Below, one piece after another: positions 57,078-64,000 of a stretch of 64,000 bases of DNA (positions are counted from its first letter, which is position 1; the number at the start of each line of letters is the position of its first letter). The position numbers and the translations under genes are program-made. Below the pieces are notes generated by a model, which made no database searches, was not told where the DNA came from, and saw nothing but the letters and a program-made list of their open reading frames with translations. This stretch comes from an uncultured delta proteobacterium. GTDB taxonomy: Bacteria; Myxococcota_A; UBA9160; UBA4427. The stretch spans positions 1,600,001 to 1,664,000 of the forward strand of contig CAWGJT010000005.1 in the NCBI GenBank assembly GCA_963822965.1, given 5' to 3'.

Positions 57078-58889
57078 ATGGCGGGCAGCGAGCCGCGCCT
57101 ACCGCTGCGTGTCAAGCTCGCCTACGGCGCGCCCAGCTTCGCGGGCGCGGGCATGGCGATTCCCATCGTCATCCACCTGACGATCTTCTACTCCGACGAG
57201 GTCCTGATTCCCCTCGGATTCATCGCCCTGGTGAAGGCCCTGGCCCGGGCCTTCGACGCGTTGACCGATCCCTTGATGGGCTGGGTGACCGACCGCACCC
57301 GCACCCGCTGGGGGCGGCGGCGCCCCTGGATCCTGCTCGGTGCGCCGCTCGCCGGGCTGGCCTTCGTCGCGCTCTTCGCACCGCCCGCTTCGCTCACGCC
57401 GGGCGGCGCCGCCGTGTGGTTCGCGATGAGCTACGTGCTCTACTACCTCTTCCACACGGTCTACGAGATTCCTCACGGCGGTCTCGGCCCCGAGCTCACC
57501 CTCGACTACAACGAGCGCAACGTGCTCTTCGGGTGGCGCGCCCCGTTCATCGTCGGGGGCACGATGGTGGCGTCGACCCTGCCGCCGCTGCTGATCGGCG
57601 CCCTGGGCGGTGCGCGCGCGGGCTACGTGGCCTTCGCGGTGATCTTCGCCGTGCTGCTCACGGTCCTCTACGCCAACCTGGTCTTCCAGGTGCGCGAGCG
57701 CCAGGACTTCGTGAACCGGGCACCGAACCCCCTCGTGCCGGGCGTGCGACGGGTGATGCGCAACCGCGCGTTCCGCGTGCTGCTCGCCGTCTACGTGACG
57801 GGCTCCGTCACTGGTGCGATCCCCGGGCTGATGATGCCCTACTTCACGAAGTACGTGCTGCAGCCCGACCACCCCGACCGCTGGCTCGGCATCTTCCTCT
57901 TCCTCTACTTCGGATCGGGCTTCCTGGCCCTGCCGTTCTGGATGTGGCTCGCGCGACGCGTGGGCAAGAAGAGCGCGTGGCTCACCAGCTTCGTGCCCGG
58001 GCTCACGGGCTCGCTCATGATCTTCTTCCTGCTGGGGAAGGGCGATCTCGTACTCACCGCGGTGATCCTCATCTGGGCCGGCTCGGCATTCTCGGCGGGC
58101 ATGTTCCTGGGCCCGTCCATGCAGGCCGACGTGATCGACTACGACGAGCTCTACACGGGGCGCCGGCGCGAAGCGCAGTACAACGGGCTCTGGTCGGTGA
58201 TGGCGAAGTTCACGGTCATCCCGAGCATGGCGGTCCCGCTGGCGATCCTCGCCACGTACGGCTACGTGCCGAACGTCCCCCAGAGCGAGACCGTGCAGAC
58301 GGTGATCCGCGCGATCTTCGGTCTGGCGCCCGCCACGACGTCCATCGTGGCCTTCGTCATCGCCCTGCGCTTCCCGATCAGCCAGCAGATCCACGAGCGG
58401 ATCTGGTGGGGCATCCGGGCCCACCAGCGCGGCGAGCCCGCGGTCGACCCGCTCACCGGTCGCAGCCTGCCGCCGCCCCACGAGCGCGGCGTCGACGAGC
58501 AGACGGGCTGGTTCCTCGACCACTTCTCCAGCCGCGAGCTGCGGCGGGTGATCGCGCGCGGCCCGGGGAGCGCGCTGTTCAGCAGCACGCTGGCGGCGGC
58601 CCTCTCGCTGGCCGTCACGATCGCGGCGGCGGCCGTCACGCTGGTCGAGGCGGGCGACCTCCACCGCGACCCCGGAATCCTGGCGGTGTTCAGCGTGCTC
58701 ACCTGCGGGTTCGCGTTCACCGCGCTGTGCTTCCACCTCTTCCGCGTGCGAGCGGCCCTCGCGCTGCGCCGCCGACCCGTCTCGCACGCGGAGATCGAGC
58801 ACCACCTCGCGTTCACCGAGTTCATCCGCAACGCGGACGCCCCGCTGCCCGAGTCGGGTGGGTCGGCTAGCGTCGAGGGGCTCGCCTGA
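57078..58889 (+). CDS. GPH/MelB-like MFS symporter with C-terminal extension
   Basis: KLAYG, DALTDPLMGWVTDRTRTRWGRRRPW, ADVIDYDE...RREAQY; start codon uncertain (57039-57078). Confidence 0.87.
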   Translation: MAGSEPRLPLRVKLAYGAPSFAGAGMAIPIVIHLTIFYSDEVLIPLGFIALVKALARAFDALTDPLMGWVTDRTRTRWGRRRPWILLGAPLAGLAFVALFAPPASLTPGGAAVWFAMSYVLYYLFHTVYEIPHGGLGPELTLDYNERNVLFGWRAPFIVGGTMVASTLPPLLIGALGGARAGYVAFAVIFAVLLTVLYANLVFQVRERQDFVNRAPNPLVPGVRRVMRNRAFRVLLAVYVTGSVTGAIPGLMMPYFTKYVLQPDHPDRWLGIFLFLYFGSGFLALPFWMWLARRVGKKSAWLTSFVPGLTGSLMIFFLLGKGDLVLTAVILIWAGSAFSAGMFLGPSMQADVIDYDELYTGRRREAQYNGLWSVMAKFTVIPSMAVPLAILATYGYVPNVPQSETVQTVIRAIFGLAPATTSIVAFVIALRFPISQQIHERIWWGIRAHQRGEPAVDPLTGRSLPPPHERGVDEQTGWFLDHFSSRELRRVIARGPGSALFSSTLAAALSLAVTIAAAAVTLVEAGDLHRDPGILAVFSVLTCGFAFTALCFHLFRVRAALALRRRPVSHAEIEHHLAFTEFIRNADAPLPESGGSASVEGLA

Positions 58890-58900
58890 AGGAGAACGCC

Positions 58901-60118
58901 ATGCCCCAGGTCGTCAAGCTCGGAATCAAGCGCCCGGTCACCCGCCCCCTGCTGCCCGACCCCGAGCCCCGCGAGCAGCGCTACACGATCATCTCCGTGG
59001 ACGACCACCTGATGGAGCCCCCCGAGACCTTCGAGGGGCGCATGCCGAAGAAGTTCGAGGCGCGCGCGCCGCGGGTGATCGAGACCGAGGAGGGCCACCA
59101 GGTGTGGTCCATCGACGGCACGCCCTACTTCCAGGTGGGATTCATGTGCGTCGCCGGCCGGCCGCGGGAGGACCACCGCGTGGAGCCCGCGCGCTTCGAC
59201 GAGGTGCGGCCCGGCTGCTACCGGATCAAGGACCGCATCAAGGACATGGACATCAACGGGGTGTGGGCGTCCGTCAACTTCCCATCGGGCGTGACGGGCT
59301 TCGGGGGCACTCTCTTCTCCGGGCTGGACGACCCCGAGTTCGGCCTCGCCTGCACGCGCGCGTGGAACGACTGGCTCTTCGAGGACTGGCACCAGGCCTA
59401 TCCCGACCGCATCGTGCCCCTGGGCATCACCTTCCTGACGGACCCCGAGAAGGGCGCGGAGGAGATCCGCCGAAATGCGAAGCGGGGCTTCACGGCGGTG
59501 ACGATGCCCGAGCAGCCCCACCAGCAGGGGCTGCCGCCGGTCTTCGACGCCTACTGGGAGCCCATCATCCGCGCGTGCGCGGAGACGGGCACCGTCCTGA
59601 ACCTGCACGTCGGGTCGTCGGGCTTCGCGAAGATGCCCCCGGGCGCCCCGATGCTCGAGCTGGGCGCCACCATGTTCCAGGCGATGGCGTTCCAGTCGTG
59701 CGCCGAGTGGCTCTGGAGCGGCTGGCCCGCCCGCTTTCCCGAGCTCAAGATCGCCATGAGCGAGGGGGGCATCGCCTGGGTGGCCGGGCTGATCGACCGG
59801 CTCGACAACATCATGGCTCGCTCCGGGTACGGCCAGGGCTGGCCCTCGAAGGACGTGACGCCTTCGGAATGCCTGCGGCGCAACTTCTGGTTCTGCATGA
59901 TCGACGATCCGTCGACGATCTCGACCCGTCATGCCATCGGCGTCGAGAACATCCTGTGCGAGTCGGACTACCCGCACGGCGACGGCACCTGGCCCGATAC
60001 CCAGCAGGTGGTCCACGCGCTGATCGGCGATCTCCCCGTGGAGGAGATCCGCATGATGACCCACGAGAACGCCGCGAAGCTGTACCGGCACCCGCTCCCG
60101 GACCTACGTCTTCCCTGA
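58901..60118 (+). CDS. amidohydrolase family protein (Amidohydro_2 type)
   Basis: ISVDDH, LNLHVG, SEGGIAW, ESDYPHGDGTWP. Confidence 0.88.
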   Translation: MPQVVKLGIKRPVTRPLLPDPEPREQRYTIISVDDHLMEPPETFEGRMPKKFEARAPRVIETEEGHQVWSIDGTPYFQVGFMCVAGRPREDHRVEPARFDEVRPGCYRIKDRIKDMDINGVWASVNFPSGVTGFGGTLFSGLDDPEFGLACTRAWNDWLFEDWHQAYPDRIVPLGITFLTDPEKGAEEIRRNAKRGFTAVTMPEQPHQQGLPPVFDAYWEPIIRACAETGTVLNLHVGSSGFAKMPPGAPMLELGATMFQAMAFQSCAEWLWSGWPARFPELKIAMSEGGIAWVAGLIDRLDNIMARSGYGQGWPSKDVTPSECLRRNFWFCMIDDPSTISTRHAIGVENILCESDYPHGDGTWPDTQQVVHALIGDLPVEEIRMMTHENAAKLYRHPLPDLRLP

Positions 60119-60127
60119 GCGCCCCGA

Positions 60128-60148
60128 GCGAGCCCCGAACGGGCTCGC
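60128..60148. terminator. GC-rich hairpin between convergent genes
   Basis: GCGAGCCC-CGAAC-GGGCTCGC. Confidence 0.45.
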
Positions 60149-60175
60149 CCTTCGGTCCCGACGCGGCGGCGCCCG

Positions 60176-60931
60176 TCAGCGCTCGAGCGCGTAGCGGATC
60201 GTGACCACCGCCTTGATGCTCTTCAGGCGGGTGGTGGTGTCGTTGCGTCCGTAGTCCGACACCTCGGTCGAGTGGGCCGGCGTGATCTGGAAGACGCCCT
60301 GTCGCGCGGAGCGCAGCCCGCCGATGCTCGCCTCGCTGTTCTCGGCCAGCACCTCCGCGCGCCGGCGCGCGTCGGCCGTGGCCTCGCCGAGCATCGCGAT
60401 CTTCAGCTCGTCCTGCTTCGTGTAGACGTACTGTGGAGAGCCCGCCGAGAACCGGATGCCCTGGCGGACCAGCTCGCCGGACTCGCGAGCCAGGGCCGCC
60501 ACCTCGTCGATGTCCTGGGAATCGACGCTCACGCCGAGGGACAGCTCGTAGCCCTCGATCTCGTTGGTCGACATGCCCTTCTCGTTCATCCCGTACAGGA
60601 CGCGCGTGTGGACCGGCGAGACGACGACCTCGCTCCTGGGGAATCCGCGCGCCTCGAGGAAGGCCATCACCCGGGCCTGCTGGGCGGCGAGCTCGTCGTA
60701 GGCCTGCTCGAGGGTGGCGGCCCGGGTGGTGAAGGAGCCCGCCCACGAGGCCCGGTCCGACTCGATCTCCCGCTCCGCGTAGCCCTTCACCTCGACGGTC
60801 TCGTCCTGACTCCGGACGTCGCGGATGGTGTCGCCCAGGATGGCCGCGGACGCGACGATCGAGAGCCCCAGGGTGGCGCCCAGACCCACGAGGCCCAGCC
60901 CCCGCGAACGATCCGCCGATGAGTTGCCCAC
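60176..60931 (-). CDS. SIMPL domain (DUF541) protein
   Basis: N-terminal TM, VEVKGYAEREI, ATADARRRAE, SARQGVFQIT, KAVVTIRY. Confidence 0.82.
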   Translation of the reverse strand: MGNSSADRSRGLGLVGLGATLGLSIVASAAILGDTIRDVRSQDETVEVKGYAEREIESDRASWAGSFTTRAATLEQAYDELAAQQARVMAFLEARGFPRSEVVVSPVHTRVLYGMNEKGMSTNEIEGYELSLGVSVDSQDIDEVAALARESGELVRQGIRFSAGSPQYVYTKQDELKIAMLGEATADARRRAEVLAENSEASIGGLRSARQGVFQITPAHSTEVSDYGRNDTTTRLKSIKAVVTIRYALER

Positions 60932-61074
60932 CGATCCCTCCTCGTTCCCGACCCGCTCCGAACCCCGGCCCCGTCCCCAACCCGGTTGCAGGCTGACACT
61001 GCGGGCGGGAACGAGGTTCCTGGCGGGTCCGGGGATTGAAGTATCCTCCGTTCCGAGGAAGCATCCAAGCAGCC

Positions 61075-62229
61075 ATGTCCCCGAGCCGGCCGGTGCCCGA
61101 CATCTCCCAAGGCCTCGAGCCCGTGTACGACAAGGTCGTCTCGGGCTATCAGACGTTCCACCACGCGCAGCCCTTCGAGCTGGAATGGGGGGGCGTCCTC
61201 CCGGGATTCGACATCGCCTACGAGACCTGGGGCGAGCTCTCCCCCGCCCACGACAACGTCGTGCTGCTGCACACGGGGCTCTCGGCGTCGAGCCACGCCC
61301 ACAGCCACGAAGCCAACCCGAACCCGGGCTGGTGGGAGGGCTTCATCGGACCGGGATGCGGGCTCGACACCGACCGCTTCCACGTCATCTGCACGAACCT
61401 GCTCGGCGGCTGCTACGGCAGCACGGGGCCTGCGAGCACGAACCCGGCGACGGGCGAGCCGTGGGCGACGGACTTTCCGATCCTCACCGTGCGCGACATG
61501 GTGCGCGCCCAGCTCCTGCTCCTCGACCGACTGGGAATCCACCGGGTCTACGCTTCGGTGGGCGCCTCACTGGGCGGCATGCAGTCGCTGCTGATCGCCG
61601 CCCTCGAGCCCGAACGGGTGGGCCGTCTCGTGAGCATCTCGGCGGCCCTGCGTTCGTACCCCCAGTCGATCGCGCTGCGCTTCGTGCAGCGGCAGGCGGT
61701 CATGAACGACGCGGACTGGCGGGACGGCCGCTACTACGGCGTGAGCTTCCCCCACCGCGGCATGAAGGTGGCACGGGGCATCGGCACCATCACGTATCGT
61801 TCGGGACCGGAATGGCAGGCGCGCTTCGGGCGCAAGCGTCCCGACGGAGTTCCGCGTCTCGACGAAGACTTCCAGGTGGAGACCTATCTCGCCTACCAGG
61901 GCGAGAAGTTCTGCCTGCAGTACGACGCCAACTCCTACCTCTACATCTCGAAGGCCATGGACCTCTTCGACCTGCGTCCCGAAGAGCCGCACCGGGAGGG
62001 ACCGACGATCGACCACGTCCAGTGCCCCTCGCTGGTGATCGGCGTGACCTCGGACTTCCTCTTTCCGGTGCGCCAGCAGCGCGAGCTGGCCGGATCGCTC
62101 CGGAAGGCGGGGGCGGAAGTTACCTACTTCGAGATCGACGCGCCCTTCGGACACGACACCTTCCTGATCGAGCGAGACGCGGTGGGCGACGCGGTCCGCG
62201 CGCACCTGGAAGCCGGGCTTGAGGACTAG
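61075..62229 (+). CDS. MetX-family homoserine/serine O-acyltransferase, Cys2-like
   Basis: [32 protein letters not shown] nucleophile, SDFLFP, GHDTFL. Confidence 0.87.
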   Translation: MSPSRPVPDISQGLEPVYDKVVSGYQTFHHAQPFELEWGGVLPGFDIAYETWGELSPAHDNVVLLHTGLSASSHAHSHEANPNPGWWEGFIGPGCGLDTDRFHVICTNLLGGCYGSTGPASTNPATGEPWATDFPILTVRDMVRAQLLLLDRLGIHRVYASVGASLGGMQSLLIAALEPERVGRLVSISAALRSYPQSIALRFVQRQAVMNDADWRDGRYYGVSFPHRGMKVARGIGTITYRSGPEWQARFGRKRPDGVPRLDEDFQVETYLAYQGEKFCLQYDANSYLYISKAMDLFDLRPEEPHREGPTIDHVQCPSLVIGVTSDFLFPVRQQRELAGSLRKAGAEVTYFEIDAPFGHDTFLIERDAVGDAVRAHLEAGLED

Positions 62230-62260
62230 CCCGATGTCTCGGGCGCGGAGGTTCGCCCAC

Positions 62261-62849
62261 GTGCGCGAGCCGCCGGCGCCGTACGAGCCTGCGGGACCTC
62301 TGCCTCGTCGCCTCGCTCCTGCTGGGCTCGGCGGGCTGCTCGACGCTCAACGTGATGGTGGACGCCGACTCGGCGGTCGACGTCGCGGCCTTCGAAGCCT
62401 GGACGTGGCACGAGCCTCCGAAGATCGCCGACGCGAGCCCCTTCGCGGACAACTCGCTGCTGCGCAAGCGGGTCCGGGAGGCGGTGGCCAGCGAGCTCTC
62501 GAAGCGGGGCTATCGCCGGGTGGACGGAGAAGACGCCGACTTCGCGGTCACCTTCCACGTGCTCATCACGTCGAAGCGCGAAGCCTGGGGATCGACCGGC
62601 TGGGGATGGCCCAGCTGGAGCTACGGCGGCGACTACCGCGAATCGACGTTCCAGGAAGGAACCCTCGTCCTCGACCTGACGAGCCCGGACGGTCGCCAGC
62701 TCTTCTGGCGCGGCTGGGTCTCGGGCGCGGTGCCCACGCCCGACAGCGATCGCGACCGGGTGGCCGAAGCGGTGAAGCGCATTCTTTCGGAGCTGCCGGC
62801 TCGTGAGACGGCGCCCGTCGCCCGTCCGGCCGACTCGGAGGCCGACTGA
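62261..62849 (+). CDS. DUF4136-like lipoprotein (probable frameshift just after the start)
   Basis: Lipobox-like SAGC, ELSKRGY, EGTLVLDL, LFWRG; GGAGG RBS before GTG at 62261. Confidence 0.75.
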
Positions 62850-62960
62850 GGCCGTTCCGTCCCGGCTCGTCCCACCGTCGCCCGGAGACCACCCGGTCCG
62901 CCTCCCGCCTCCTCTCAAGCGGTCGAGCAGGACACCCGATTCTCCTCTCGGGAGGATCGC

Positions 62961-64000
62961 GTGCGGGTGAAGCGGTTCCAGCAGCTGAGAACGTTCGTGA
63001 TGGACGAGATCGTCGACCTCGGCATCCCCGAGGACGCCGTCCGCGACGAGGACATGCGACGCGTCCGGATCATCTCCATCACCACCCTGGGACTGTGCGT
63101 CGTGGCGGGCATCCCGGCCATCATCCAGTTCCGGCTGCTGGGCCTGTCGCATCTCGCGATCGCCGGCGGGGTGACGATCGCCGCGGCGCTCGCCAACCTC
63201 CTGCTGCTGCGGGCGCTTCGCCGACCCATCCTCGCGGCGCATCTCGGCCTCGCCGTGCTGGGCTCCCTGCTGGTCTTCTCGAACGTCGCGACGGGGGGCT
63301 TCTACGATCCCAACTTCGCCTGGCTCTACGTGCTGCCCCTCGGCGCCGCGGCGCTCATCGACCTGCGCGGCGCGGCGATCTGGACGGCCATCCTGATCTG
63401 CGTGACCGTCGCGTTCTGGATGCTGCCCGACCAGGGCATCGAGCTCCCCAACCGGGTGCCGGAGGCGATGCGCGCGGGCAACAGCCTCTTCAACCGCATC
63501 ACCGCCATCCTCGCCATGGGCGTCATCGGCGCGAGCTTCGTGGCCGGACAGCGCCGCGCCGAGCGCCAGCTCGCGTCCGCCCATCACGACCTGCTGGCCG
63601 AGACCGCCTACGTGCACCTGCTGATGCACGCCGCCGTCGCCTCCAACGAGGCGGTGTCGTTCGAGAACGCCATGCGGCAGAGCATGCGGCGCATCTGCGA
63701 GACGATGGGGTGGCTGGCGGGGCAGGTCTACGCAGTCGGGGACGACGGCTGGATCACGAGCAGCGGATCGTCGACGCCATCCACTTCCAGGATCCACAGC
63801 TCGATTTCCTGGCACCGCTTCGCGGGGAGCCAGCGCTTTCCCATCGGGGTCGGCACCGTCGGACGGAGCGTCTCGGAACGGCGGTCGCAGATCCTGCAGG
63901 TCATTCAGGAAGGAGAGAACCCGGACGGCCCCTCCGCTCCGCGGCCGAACGGGCCGGGCTCCGCTCCGCGATCACGATGCCCGTCTTCGTGAACGACGCG
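62961..64000 (+). CDS. membrane sensor protein N-terminus (multi-TM plus GAF-like), probably a histidine kinase or similar; 3'-truncated
   Basis: About six TM segments, then AVASNEA...RICETMGW...GVGTVGR resembling a GAF domain; the output domain lies outside the window. Confidence 0.65.

Overview
Very GC-rich bacterial DNA; gene style and content suggest a lipid-catabolising Myxococcota-like organism (inference). Many genes are split by single-base frameshifts, most consistent with an unpolished long-read assembly. The window is dominated by one giant minus-strand gene (22144-46700, about 8,200 codons if the frameshifts are repaired) encoding a LEPR-XLL/RTX-type surface protein with a BNR/Asp-box propeller, Calx-beta-like domains and about 18 copies of a module recalling phage virion proteins. 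It is flanked by acyl-CoA/lipid catabolism genes (4 acyl-CoA dehydrogenases, CoA ligase, TesB, enoyl-CoA hydratase, P450, SDR, APH-like kinase, 2 amidohydrolases, TauD), a TetR-MFP-RND efflux operon, an MFS plus FtsX/LolE-type ABC operon and a Cys2-like MetX-family acyltransferase. The strongest candidate for an undescribed system is 11734-14307: a membrane-anchored FtsH-type AAA+ ATPase that lacks the M41 protease domain and ends in an Hfq/Sm-like domain, followed by an M50 site-2 protease and preceded by a 165-bp CTAG-flanked MITE-like hairpin. No rRNA, tRNA, CRISPR array or transposase was recognised. All family assignments are by eye from motifs; no searches were run.
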